A stretch of DNA of 64,000 nucleotides from a virus (IMGVR_UViG_3300037067_007193:11589-75588), one strand, 5' to 3'. Counted from the first letter of the stretch, positions 46,472 through 55,546 are shown. Made by a program: numbers and translations. The notes: generated by a model not told the origin, from the letters alone.

Positions 46472-46822
46472 ATGACAGCCGCCAGAGGAAAGCCGGGCCT
46501 ACCAGAAACCGTAGCCGCACTTGAGGCTAAGGTTGAAAACGGCGCAAGGCGCGATGATGAAGCGCGTGAGAAGTTTACAAAACTGTTTGACCGCGTTGAG
46601 AGTATAGACCACAACATTGCCACTACGCGGGAAGAGATGAAGGAAACCTTTGGGGAAATAAAGACTGCGATAGCCACTGAGTTTGGAACATTGCGGAGCG
46701 ATCTTACCGGTCTGAAGGAACGATACAGCCGTGATGCCAAGTGGGTTGCAATGAAGTGGTCTGCCGCGATAACGCTGGTTGTGGGTTTTATTCTTCTTTG
46801 GGCCGACAAGGTTTGGCCGTGA
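46472..46822 (+). CDS. coiled-coil protein with C-terminal TM helix (holin-like)
   Basis: One TM helix; directly before the endolysin. Confidence 0.55.
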   Translation: MTAARGKPGLPETVAALEAKVENGARRDDEAREKFTKLFDRVESIDHNIATTREEMKETFGEIKTAIATEFGTLRSDLTGLKERYSRDAKWVAMKWSAAITLVVGFILLWADKVWP

Positions 46823-46832
46823 TGAGGTGTGA

Positions 46833-47240
46833 ATGAAACTGACGGAGCATTTCACGCTTGAAGAATTTCGCTGCCGTTGCGGGTGCGGGTGTGAAAAAGA
46901 CTGGATAGATGAGTGCCGCAAGACGGCAGAGATATTAGAAGAACTCCGCACTGTTATAGGGAACAAGCCCATCACGATCACTTGTGGAGTTAGGTGTCCC
47001 AAACACAATGCCAACGTGGGGGGTAAACCTCATAGCAAGCATTTGTCAACTGATTACCAGGGTGCGGCGGATACGTTTGTTCCTGATATGCCCGCTGAGA
47101 TTTGGGCGCGTGCCGCATTCAGGAAGTTTCCGGGCTGCATTTTGTATACCAAGAAACATTTCGTTCACGTTGACCGTCGCCGCAACGAGAGTTACTACGC
47201 CATAGACGGGAAAAACGTGGACAACTTTGAGGAGGCTTGA
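46833..47240 (+). CDS. endolysin, peptidase M15A family
   Basis: HFTLEEFRCRCG, GVRC..HN..VGG..HSKH...AAD, VHVD. Confidence 0.88.
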   Translation: MKLTEHFTLEEFRCRCGCGCEKDWIDECRKTAEILEELRTVIGNKPITITCGVRCPKHNANVGGKPHSKHLSTDYQGAADTFVPDMPAEIWARAAFRKFPGCILYTKKHFVHVDRRRNESYYAIDGKNVDNFEEA

Positions 47241-47506
47241 AGATGGATGGTATTCTCGCTGTGTTTCAAAACAACTGGTATGAAATTCTTACCACCGTGT
47301 TGAGCTTAGGGTTTTTCCTGAAGTACGTGGTAGTTCGCAGGGTTGTCGGTGAGTTCGCGGACTTCCTGAAGGTTAAGGTAGAGGCCCGGCGCAACGGTCA
47401 GATAACCGATGCTGAGTACGCGCTTATCGGCAAGAAGGCCGTGGCGCTGACCGATACGCTTTGGGGTGTTATCGTTGGTCTATTCCCGAACAAGAGCAAA
47501 CTGTGA
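47237..47506 (+). CDS. small membrane protein (holin candidate)
   Basis: Hydrophobic helices, follows the endolysin. Confidence 0.5.
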   Translation: MKMDGILAVFQNNWYEILTTVLSLGFFLKYVVVRRVVGEFADFLKVKVEARRNGQITDAEYALIGKKAVALTDTLWGVIVGLFPNKSKL

Positions 47507-47513
47507 GGTTGTT

Positions 47514-47675
47514 ATGGCTTGGAAAGGTTTTGGATGGTTTAGGGCAATACTGTGCGCCCTCAAGATAGTAGCCCCCCTGACCAAGGGAAACGGTGATGAC
47601 AAGGTGGCAGATGCCGGTGAAAAGATAGTGACCGCCGCTGAACAGATTGAGAAAGAAATTCGCGGTGAAAAATGA
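47514..47675 (+). CDS. small hypothetical protein
   Basis: GAGG RBS; MAWKGFGW... Confidence 0.5.
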   Translation: MAWKGFGWFRAILCALKIVAPLTKGNGDDKVADAGEKIVTAAEQIEKEIRGEK

Positions 47676-47821
47676 TCGTTATCCTCATCTGCCGCTGCGG
47701 TGCGCGGAATGAGTTTGACAGATGGGGATTGCCGTGTCTCAAGTGCGGTCTGGTGACTAAACCGTCGTGGGAGATAGAAGAAACCATGTGCAGGAAAAAG
47801 GGCGGCAAAGGCAGGAAATAA
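47672..47821 (+). CDS. small zinc-ribbon protein (49 aa)
   Basis: Not in ORF track. ATGA overlap; CRCG...CLKC. Confidence 0.45.
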   Translation: MIVILICRCGARNEFDRWGLPCLKCGLVTKPSWEIEETMCRKKGGKGRK

Positions 47822-47824
47822 ACA

Positions 47825-47849
47825 AAGCCCCGGCGATGAACCGGGGCTT
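47825..47849. terminator. hairpin between convergent gene blocks
   Basis: AAGCCCCGG/CCGGGGCTT 9-bp stem at the strand switch. Confidence 0.7.
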
Positions 47850-47868
47850 CTTGCCGCTGGTACTGCTA

Positions 47869-48040
47869 TCATTGGGCCTTGGCAGATTTTTCCTTTAGTC
47901 TGTTAGAAAAAGATTCTTTTACTGAGTGCCGCCGACCAGAAAGACTTTGCCACGGGTATTCAGTAATGCGTGCCCGAACAACGCTTCCTCTTGACCATCC
48001 AAAATCAGAAAGTGCTTGTTGTTCTGCTGTTACAAAATTT
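47869..48040 (-). pseudogene. 3' part of a 77-aa gene split by the IS element
   Basis: Joins in frame to 52219-52288 when the element and one target copy are removed. Confidence 0.7.
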
Positions 48041-48055
48041 GGTAGTGTCCTAATT

Positions 48056-48868
48056 TCAATCCAATAGATCATAAATATTCCAAAATCTATTTGTAATGCC
48101 CGCAGCCATAGCGGGTGTCACGCTAAGGCTTTTATGGGCGCGAACAAAGTTATAATGCGCGAAATGCAACGCGACTGCGGCGCGAAGATTTTCAATCTTC
48201 TTACTAAACGCATTAGTAAGTCTTGTAAATCGCCTCATGCTCATTCGCATCGTGAGATTCTGGCGCTCAACGTAACTTGTCGAAATGCGTGCTATTTCTG
48301 GATGTCCACTAACAGCACCACGCGCCGCACTCACAACTTTGGGTGGGCTGTAGCGGCCAGGGCCGATTGCTTCGGCTTCATATGTTTTGACTAATTGACC
48401 ATAATCCACATTGCAACCAAATGCAGTTTCTATAGCTTCGGCGTATGCACTAAGGGCATCAGATGAAATCTGTACTCTATTTGCAAGACGTTCGGAAAGA
48501 TCAACCATAAATTTCGTAGCAGTCTCAAGATTTCTTTTGCCTACGATATGAGAAGGAACAAGTTTTGAGTCTGCATCAATCGCTACAAAAGTCCACTGAT
48601 CCCCAACACGCTCAGGATTGTCAGTAAGGGTTACGTGCCTCTGTTTTTTCTGAACATAAGTCCATATTTCATCTACCTGAATGTGACCGCAAGGAAGATT
48701 TCGCAATGTTTCATTCATAATATTTGCGCAGTTCTCTCCCGTAGAGACCGCCAGTCGCATGATGGTATCCCTGTGTACGCCGGTCATGCGCTCTGTAGAT
48801 CGAATGGAATTGCCTTCAATCAGGCAACTTATTACCTGCACCCTTTTATCTTTCTTTAGTTTATTCAT
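48056..48868 (-). CDS. IS1-family DDE transposase (HTH + DDE, no Zn finger)
   Basis: N-terminal HTH SIRSTERMTGVHRDTI; QVDEIW, SSDAL, VERQN. Confidence 0.85.
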   Translation of the reverse strand: MNKLKKDKRVQVISCLIEGNSIRSTERMTGVHRDTIMRLAVSTGENCANIMNETLRNLPCGHIQVDEIWTYVQKKQRHVTLTDNPERVGDQWTFVAIDADSKLVPSHIVGKRNLETATKFMVDLSERLANRVQISSDALSAYAEAIETAFGCNVDYGQLVKTYEAEAIGPGRYSPPKVVSAARGAVSGHPEIARISTSYVERQNLTMRMSMRRFTRLTNAFSKKIENLRAAVALHFAHYNFVRAHKSLSVTPAMAAGITNRFWNIYDLLD

Positions 48869-48891
48869 GGTTGTATCCCCCCTTTACTATA

Positions 48892-48920
48892 AATGTAGCA
48901 ACAAAAAGCCCACATGTCAA
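48892..48920 (-). promoter_or_regulatory. transposase promoter
   Basis: TTGACA-17 bp-TACATT. Confidence 0.65.
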
Positions 48921-48929
48921 GTTATTGTC

Positions 48930-48999
48930 TTGATTTGTAGTCACAAAAGTGCTACATTATAAATGAGGGTTGACTTGTAGTCACAAAAGGGATACATTA
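48930..48999 (+). repeat. two 30-bp direct repeats, each a promoter with an internal dyad
   Basis: TTGATTTGTAGTCACAAAAGTGCTACATTA and TTGACTTGTAGTCACAAAAGGGATACATTA, 40 bp apart. Confidence 0.75.
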
Positions 49000-49016
49000 A
49001 CTAACACGGAGGAAAG

Positions 49017-49211
49017 ATGGAAAAAACAGAATCCATAAGAATCAGGCTTGAAGCAGAAGAAAAAAAGGCGTTTCAACAAGCGGCGGATTTATCAGGTCTT
49101 GGATTATCAACATGGGCAAGGGAGCGCTTGCGGCGCTCGGCTATAAAAGAATTGGAAGAAGCCGCAATCCCCATAAAGTTTCTATTGCCAATAGAGCGGG
49201 AGGAAACATAA
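49017..49211 (+). CDS. RHH / DUF1778-like regulator
   Basis: SIRIRLEAEEKKAFQQAADLSGLGLSTWARERL; GGAGG RBS. Confidence 0.75.
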   Translation: MEKTESIRIRLEAEEKKAFQQAADLSGLGLSTWARERLRRSAIKELEEAAIPIKFLLPIEREET

Positions 49212-50915
49212 ATGGCCCAATTGCCCGAATCAATTGAATTTGAGATTAAGGGAATCGGAGAAGTACTGGCACAGAATCGCTTGGCTGTGCCTCTTAATCA
49301 AAGGGAATATTCGTGGGAAGAAGAACATATCAATGATTTATACACCGACTATGCCAATGCCATAGCAAAAGGACAAGGAAGTTATTTTTTAGGAACCATA
49401 GTTCTTACGCGGGGCGAAGGTGATGTTCCAGAAGTATCTGATGGGCAGCAGCGCCTTGCAACGTCCACAATCTTATTGGCGGCTATACGAGATTATTTTT
49501 TTAATAACGGCGATAATGTTAGAGCCACATCAATTGAACAAGAATATTTATTAAAAACTGACATAACAACCACAGATATTGTTCCTCAACTCCGGCTAAA
49601 TGTCGATGATAATGAATTTTTTAGCAAATCCATTCTATCATCTCCGAGCAGTCCAGACAGGAATATAAAAGCCACCAAACTGTCTCATGAACGAATAGAG
49701 CTTGCCGCTAAAACAGCGGCTGACCATATCGGAAATATAGTCAAACCCTTTGAAACAAAACCAAATCTCAAGACTGATCGCCTTCTTGAGTTGATAAAAT
49801 TTATACGCAGGGGCGCACAAGTTATTCTACTTCGCGTTCCTACCCATCTTAATGCTTTTCTAATGTTTGAAACCCTTAATGATCGAGGATTAAAAATATC
49901 TCAAGCCGATTTATTAAAGAATCATCTTTTTAGTTTTGCTGGTGACAGAATGAGAGAAGCGCAACACAAATGGTCAAAAATGTCTGGAATATTAGAATCT
50001 TTGGGAAAGGAAGATATCACTGTTACATTCCTCCATCATCTTTTAATCACAAAATACGGCCCCACAAAAGAAAGAGAAGTTTTTGATAAGGTCAGGCAGT
50101 TAGTTACCAGCCAGAATCGCTCAATTGAATTTTTGGAGGAGTTGGCCGATTCGGCGAACGACTACGCTGCGCTTTTTAATCCAGACCACAAGAAATGGAA
50201 TGAATATGGAACGACAACAAGAAAGAATATCTCTACAATAAACCGTGACTTGCGCATCGAACAGATTCGCCCGCTTATGTTTTCGGTGGCACGCCATTTT
50301 TCTGTTGAAGAAGGCAAGGCGGCTTTTCGCCTCTTCGTTTTTTGGTCTGTAAGAATTCTTGTTTATGGCACTCGTGGCGGATTTTTAGATCGTAATTATA
50401 GTATGCGGGCACAAGATATCGCAGATAGGAAGATTACCACGGCGGATGGCCTGAGAGAATCATTAACCGATGTTATACCTACAGATGCAATGTTTGAATC
50501 TGCTTTCGCGGAAGCACGCACTTCGCATCCTTATCTTGCGAGATATTATCTTCGGGCTTTGGAATTAAAACGCAAAGGTGATCCCGAACCTGAATTTGTT
50601 CCCTCGGATGAGGAACAATCAATCAACCTGGAACATGTTCTTCCAGAAAATCCAACCCCCGCCGAATGGTCAGATATTGATGCAGACACGGCGAAGGCTT
50701 TTTATTCAAAAATTGGGAATATGGTTATCTTACAGGCTAAAAAGAATACTTTGATAGGTAATAGCCGCTTCGACATTAAGAAGCCCGTTTTGAGAGAGTC
50801 TGCCTATATACTCACACAGCAGGTGGCAGAATATTCAAAATGGGGAATAGATGAGATTAAAGACAGGCAGAAAAAGCTGGCCGCATTGGCAGTGCAAACA
50901 TGGCCGTTAACATAG
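49212..50915 (+). CDS. DUF262-DUF1524 (GmrSD-like) restriction-type protein
   Basis: QREYSW, DGQQRL, FETLNDRG (DUF262); LEHVLP...GNMVIL...N...N (DUF1524 HNH). Confidence 0.88.
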   Translation: MAQLPESIEFEIKGIGEVLAQNRLAVPLNQREYSWEEEHINDLYTDYANAIAKGQGSYFLGTIVLTRGEGDVPEVSDGQQRLATSTILLAAIRDYFFNNGDNVRATSIEQEYLLKTDITTTDIVPQLRLNVDDNEFFSKSILSSPSSPDRNIKATKLSHERIELAAKTAADHIGNIVKPFETKPNLKTDRLLELIKFIRRGAQVILLRVPTHLNAFLMFETLNDRGLKISQADLLKNHLFSFAGDRMREAQHKWSKMSGILESLGKEDITVTFLHHLLITKYGPTKEREVFDKVRQLVTSQNRSIEFLEELADSANDYAALFNPDHKKWNEYGTTTRKNISTINRDLRIEQIRPLMFSVARHFSVEEGKAAFRLFVFWSVRILVYGTRGGFLDRNYSMRAQDIADRKITTADGLRESLTDVIPTDAMFESAFAEARTSHPYLARYYLRALELKRKGDPEPEFVPSDEEQSINLEHVLPENPTPAEWSDIDADTAKAFYSKIGNMVILQAKKNTLIGNSRFDIKKPVLRESAYILTQQVAEYSKWGIDEIKDRQKKLAALAVQTWPLT

Positions 50916-50940
50916 AATGATAAGCAAGGGAATTAACCCA

Positions 50941-51246
50941 ATGGAAGAAAACGTTGACGAATTGCAAAAAGGGATTGAGCAACTACAAAAATGCAAAGCC
51001 AATCTTTTGGAATCCGCTCCTATATCAGAGACATTTCAGGATAAGACCGTTTGGCAGGGAATTGTTTATGTGTTTTCTCTGATTGGACATCCGACAGCAA
51101 CAAAATGTTATGCGTGGTCTTCGCCGATAGAGGGTAGTAAAAAACGGCGAATCTATACGGTTTTGAATGTGCCGCCCGTGGACTCACCAGAAAAAGCTGT
51201 CCGTGCCGCTATTGTTTCTGATTATAAATCAGGACAATTGAAATAG
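50941..51246 (+). CDS. hypothetical passenger protein
   Basis: 101 aa, VWQGIVYVFSLIGHPTATKCYAWS. Confidence 0.65.
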   Translation: MEENVDELQKGIEQLQKCKANLLESAPISETFQDKTVWQGIVYVFSLIGHPTATKCYAWSSPIEGSKKRRIYTVLNVPPVDSPEKAVRAAIVSDYKSGQLK

Positions 51247-51338
51247 ATCATACATGACCGGAATTATCCCTTTCCAAACCCTAAAATTTTTTTTGCTCTA
51301 TCTCTTGACAAAAGGATACGAATATCTTATATTGAAGT

Positions 51339-51408
51339 GTAGAGGAATTTTCTCTACTTTTATTCACTTGGGGCTGTGCGGAGCCGCGCCTTCGCATAGC
51401 CCTTTTTT
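51339..51408 (+). ncRNA. candidate ~70-nt small RNA
   Basis: TTGACA-17-TATATT at 51305-51333; 5' hairpin GTAGAG/CTCTAC; 13-bp terminator stem 51371-51402 plus T6. Confidence 0.55.
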
Positions 51409-51471
51409 GTTTGTATAGCACATCATGTTTTGGACGAAAAATTTATGGAAAATCTAATTGCAATATCAATT

Positions 51472-52065
51472 TTATGCGGAGTCGTTGGGGCTTTGCCTGT
51501 TATTTTGTTTGAGATAATCTCTCAGCGTTGCAATGGCAATTTCGACATCTTTGTCAATATTTTTGTACGGATAAGAAACGGCTATATGTTTGTAAAAGGG
51601 AAACTCTGCTAACCGCTTAAGGGTGGAGGCTGACAATTTGTCGGCAGACATTTCACGTCTGGCTAACATTAATAAAAGTTTGTACAAGTTGATTTTATTC
51701 CAAAGGTCGTCAATCTGCTCTAAATTAATCGCCCGATTAACAGCCACTGCGAATCCACAACAAAGGCTTAAAACATCTCTTGGTGCAACGGCTGAATTTG
51801 TGGTTACTACACATTGCAATCCAGAAGCCTTGTTTTGAACATTTTTGAGCTTGTTTTCTTTCTCGGATGAATCGCGGGCTACGATAAATTCGTTAAAGGC
51901 CGAAAATAATAAACGGAAAAATTCTAATTTGTCCTTGTATAAACATTGGCCGTACTGATGTTTTTGGGTTGAGCGCATAACCACATAAGTACATAGGCTG
52001 GCGATTAAGCTGCTTACAAGGGCGACCGCCAAGGAATTATATATTGATTCCAAACACACAGACAT
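51472..52065 (-). CDS. hypothetical passenger protein with N-terminal TM helix
   Basis: LAVALVSSLIASLCTYVV followed by a helical domain. Confidence 0.6.
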   Translation of the reverse strand: MSVCLESIYNSLAVALVSSLIASLCTYVVMRSTQKHQYGQCLYKDKLEFFRLLFSAFNEFIVARDSSEKENKLKNVQNKASGLQCVVTTNSAVAPRDVLSLCCGFAVAVNRAINLEQIDDLWNKINLYKLLLMLARREMSADKLSASTLKRLAEFPFYKHIAVSYPYKNIDKDVEIAIATLRDYLKQNNRQSPNDSA

Positions 52066-52218
52066 AGCCTTTCTTGAAATTAAAAAAGGACGGCTTTTGA
52101 CCGTCCCATTATCACACTCTGACAATCTGCTGTCAATCTATTTTTCTTTCCGATCCTTTCCCTTCTTCGGCGGCTTCGTCTCCAAATAAAAATCTCATTT
52201 TCAAATTAGGACACTACC

Positions 52219-52288
52219 CAAAATTTGGTGCTTGAAGCATTGCAGATGCTATCATGTATCCATCAGAGATGTCTATATCGTATTTCAA
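52219..52288 (-). pseudogene. 5' part of the IS-split gene
   Basis: TTG start overlapping the upstream TGA; MKYDIDISDGYMIASAMLQAPNF. Confidence 0.65.
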
Positions 52289-52431
52289 TCCCTCTCCTTT
52301 TTCTCGAAGTGGGGGCAGGCTTTGTCGTTAAACTTCGCATCCTTGCGGTATTCCGCCCAACTGTAACAATGAAGTCCCGAAAAATATTTGCACTTTCCGC
52401 ACGTTTTGGCATCGGCAAGATGTTCGCTCAT
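52285..52431 (-). CDS. small Cys-rich protein
   Basis: CGKCKYF...C...CPHF. Confidence 0.55.
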   Translation of the reverse strand: MSEHLADAKTCGKCKYFSGLHCYSWAEYRKDAKFNDKACPHFEKKERD

Positions 52432-52681
52432 GGCATCCCCCACATTCCCGCCAGCGTGCAGAGGGCCAGGATCGCCAGTAGAGATACCGTTAAGCGCATT
52501 TATTACTCCTCTGGTTCGTGCGGTCCTAAAATTATCAACCAAAACCACACAAAAAAGACAACACACGGCAACTTCCATCCCTGCACACTGACCGCTAAAC
52601 CGAACAAACGAGCATTAGAATCTACCCTACTTATTGAAAACAATGCAGCGGGTTGACCATTCAATGTGAAACGACCCAAGA

Positions 52682-52897
52682 TCATAATGCCTCCCTTTTC
52701 CTGTCGAGATACACCTGACGGAACGCTTCCGCAAGGCGCAGAAGTTCGGCGGGGGAGAGTAAGAAATAGACATCCGTATACTTCTTTTCTTCCCCGTAAT
52801 ACCAGTCAAATCCCTGAATGCGGACGCAGGTTAAATCTGAGGCATCTTCAAAAAAATCTACCCGTTCGCCGGGAGCCTGTACGAACTGGCGCATCAC
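52682..52897 (-). CDS. hypothetical protein
   Basis: ATGA overlaps. Confidence 0.5.
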   Translation of the reverse strand: MMRQFVQAPGERVDFFEDASDLTCVRIQGFDWYYGEEKKYTDVYFLLSPAELLRLAEAFRQVYLDRKREAL

Positions 52898-53193
52898 GCC
52901 TCCTTGTTTTTATCGAGCCACATCAGGGCTTCAGTCCATGCGGAAAGCTCGTCATAACTATCAAACAAATACACTGCAACAAAAAGAGGGTCGTCAGTAA
53001 GGGGTCGCCCGCAACCCATTAGTTCGAGTTTTATTGTTGTGGTAAACCATGTCATGCGAACAAACGGCCACCTTTTGCGCACGGCGGATTTAACGCGCTG
53101 AAGTTTTTTATCCGACGATAAATGCCGGTAAAGCATGGTTTCTGTTTCGTCCAACCCTAACGCCTTCGCAACTTCCGCGTCCTGGTAAGTCAT
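52894..53193 (-). CDS. hypothetical protein
   Basis: ATGA overlaps. Confidence 0.55.
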   Translation of the reverse strand: MTYQDAEVAKALGLDETETMLYRHLSSDKKLQRVKSAVRKRWPFVRMTWFTTTIKLELMGCGRPLTDDPLFVAVYLFDSYDELSAWTEALMWLDKNKEA

Positions 53194-53867
53194 CTCAGCC
53201 CCTCCGGGTACTCCTGCGGGCCGACACCCGCGTTGAATTTGATAAAGACGGGGATATCAACCCCATGTAGGGATTTAATCAGTTCTTCCATATCTTCTTT
53301 CGGTGGTTTTTTTTCCCCTTTGCCAGTCAATCCGCCGATAATTACCCATGCAATACTTTCTTCATCATAAGGCTTTGGCGCAAGGACTGATTCGCCGCCA
53401 GTCCAGGGTTCAAGCGAAACAAATAAGTGACCCAGCGGGGCAGACACAAACAGGGTGCTCAGGCGGTGCATTTCGCTTTCCGCGCCCGTCGTGCTTGTCC
53501 CGCACCAGCAGTTGCCCGGTATCTCAAACTCCGCGTACCGCGCCGGGTTTTTGGTCAGGAACAAGTATTTGTGTTTCGTGGCCCGGCACATTGACAGAAC
53601 TTCCTCTATCCATTCTCTCGGAACCCATTTGCCCCACATATCGCCAGTGTAACTCACGCCGATTATGTCAGGACGGGTCAAGCGGCAGGGTTCGCCAAGT
53701 CGTTTCGGGTGAAAAGCCGGTTCCATTGAGATGCCCGGCAGGTTACGGTGCGCCTGTCGTGCTGCGTAGCAGTACGGGCATCCATGCTTGCAGCCGGTGA
53801 TGGGATTCCACGTCCAGTCAAGATATTCTATCTTCCCCGGCCCCTGTTTATTCATATGCAACCTCAC
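53190..53867 (-). CDS. DUF5131 (phage Gp37/Gp68, radical-SAM-like) protein
   Basis: WNPITGCKHGCPYCYA, FLTKNPAR, FVSLEP, WVIIGG. Confidence 0.85.
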   Translation of the reverse strand: MRLHMNKQGPGKIEYLDWTWNPITGCKHGCPYCYAARQAHRNLPGISMEPAFHPKRLGEPCRLTRPDIIGVSYTGDMWGKWVPREWIEEVLSMCRATKHKYLFLTKNPARYAEFEIPGNCWCGTSTTGAESEMHRLSTLFVSAPLGHLFVSLEPWTGGESVLAPKPYDEESIAWVIIGGLTGKGEKKPPKEDMEELIKSLHGVDIPVFIKFNAGVGPQEYPEGLR

Positions 53868-54165
53868 AATTTTCCATCACCCACACGATTGCGGCGGCGA
53901 TGGCATTCTCGAAAGAGCCATATTTTGATGTTTGGCAAATCTCACAAACTTCACCATTATGTACCTCTACCTGTTTACACATCCTCGCAACCACCCTAAT
54001 GTCCCTCGTTTCACACACCCGGCACAGCGCGGGCCAGAGGTCGGATAGGGAGAGAACCGGGAATCCAGCCGATGAAAGCCACTCTTTCCCACGCCGCCAA
54101 CAAAACTGTTCCCGTTCCCACCCGCACGCGCTGAGCACCCGCGGGTCTTGCAGATGGTTGGTCAT
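53848..54165 (-). CDS. hypothetical protein
   Basis: GAGGTGG RBS; C-terminal NAIAAAIVWV helix. Confidence 0.55.
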   Translation of the reverse strand: MTNHLQDPRVLSACGWEREQFCWRRGKEWLSSAGFPVLSLSDLWPALCRVCETRDIRVVARMCKQVEVHNGEVCEICQTSKYGSFENAIAAAIVWVMENCEVAYE

Positions 54166-54292
54166 TTCCACCTCTTGCTTATCACCTGTATTTTCATGCA
54201 CTTAAAACAACGCCGCTCGATTACCTCAAGCGAAACGAGATGACAGAATTCATGCCACTCGTGGTGGCAAAAAAGCTGTCGTAGCCATTTGG

Positions 54293-55276
54293 TCATTTAT
54301 CCCCCTCCTCAATGGTATCTGCACCTTCTTGAAATCCCTCCAAGTCAGGGTCGTTTGCCATTTCGGCTTCAGATTGAGCAGCCTGTCTTAATTCCTGCGC
54401 CGTTAGAATTTCCAATGCCCTGTCTCTGGCCTGTTTCATGTCCTCTGTTTGCTTGGCAAGTTGAGCTTCAAGCTTCTGCACGCGCTCAGCCAAGGGATCC
54501 ATTGGTTCGGTGTAATCAGGATATTCAATATTTAAATAGCGAATTGGCTTGCCCTTTGAGGCCGCGTATTCGATTTCTGAGCGCGTTGACTGGCCTATAT
54601 ATCCGCCGACATCAAGCACCCATACCCAGTCGCACAGGTCGATTTTTCTCTTGTATAGGGCGTCGAGTTTTTGCTTGGTAGCCTCATCGGGAAATACCCT
54701 TTCATGATGCCCCCATAGACCCACTGCCAGTACGATATTACCTTCCCCTGTCAGTCTGGCGTTCTCGGAAATCCACGTCTGTTTAAAACGAGTAGAGCCA
54801 CACATGCACACTATTGGGGCGGTAAATCGAGCTTCCAGTTCCTTCACGCGGACCCCACAGGCTTCTTTTTCGCCGCTCAAGCTGTTAAACTTATCAGATA
54901 ACTCAGCAAACAGGTGGTTGCCGGTTTTTAGTTCCTCTTCCAAGCCCTTCATGTGGCCTTCCAAGCCGTCACGTTCAATGTTCCACAACAGTTTTTGTGT
55001 GTCGGGTTCCGCTTCCGCTCGTTCCTTTTCTTGTCGTTGAATGGCTAATTTGGTTTGAAATCCGATCAATAAATCCCCACCCTTCTGTCGTAATATTTCT
55101 TTGTTTTCCTCTTCCAGTTCCTGCACGCGGGCCTGTAACTGATTGATATTTTCGGGCCATCCATCAGCCCACCGGATAGGAATGGCGGGGTTATCTACGC
55201 CCTGCCACGGAGTTTGAGCAAAAATTTCACCCGTCGCGCCGTCATAGAGAAAACCGTGTTCATCCAGTTTTAACAT
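54293..55276 (-). CDS. coiled-coil protein with a DUF4406/nucleoside deoxyribosyltransferase-like domain
   Basis: IVCMCGSTRF...KIDLCD.V.VLDVGGYIGQSTRSEIEYA..GKPI flanked by RVxELE coils. Confidence 0.65.
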   Translation of the reverse strand: MLKLDEHGFLYDGATGEIFAQTPWQGVDNPAIPIRWADGWPENINQLQARVQELEEENKEILRQKGGDLLIGFQTKLAIQRQEKERAEAEPDTQKLLWNIERDGLEGHMKGLEEELKTGNHLFAELSDKFNSLSGEKEACGVRVKELEARFTAPIVCMCGSTRFKQTWISENARLTGEGNIVLAVGLWGHHERVFPDEATKQKLDALYKRKIDLCDWVWVLDVGGYIGQSTRSEIEYAASKGKPIRYLNIEYPDYTEPMDPLAERVQKLEAQLAKQTEDMKQARDRALEILTAQELRQAAQSEAEMANDPDLEGFQEGADTIEEGDK

Positions 55277-55546
55277 CACTTCTCCTTTTCCCGCGCCTCG
55301 ATTGCAGAACAAAGCTATTTCAAGAATGGACAGTTCCCTTGTTCGGGGTCATACAAAAAGCAATCCAGAAAAGAGCGAACCTTTAAACAATCCTCGTCGA
55401 AATCACGACATCTATCATCTACGCCTTTGTCGGTGGTCGCCTGTTCCCGGTTTAACTTTTCCATCTACCCCGCCTTTCTTTTGGGCCTTGTCCGGACTGT
55501 ATCCTCCGTGTTTTCGCGTAAGAAAAACAGGGGTGTTTTTCTTAAT

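Larger units (their letters stand above)
48041..52218. mobile_element. IS1-family transporter element with passenger genes (4178 bp)
   Basis: Perfect 16-bp TIRs GGTAGTGTCCTAATTT (48041-48056; 52203-52218); 8-bp target duplication CAAAATTT (48033-48040; 52219-52226). Confidence 0.92.

Noticed and set aside
51334-51358. Resemblance to a Cas12a repeat (GTAGA / TCTAC)
   Set aside because: Single copy, arms in the wrong order, no spacers and no cas genes
51430-51612. Hydrophobic 60-aa ORF as a type I toxin
   Set aside because: Lies after a strong terminator, has a TTG start without a clear RBS and overlaps the opposite-strand gene
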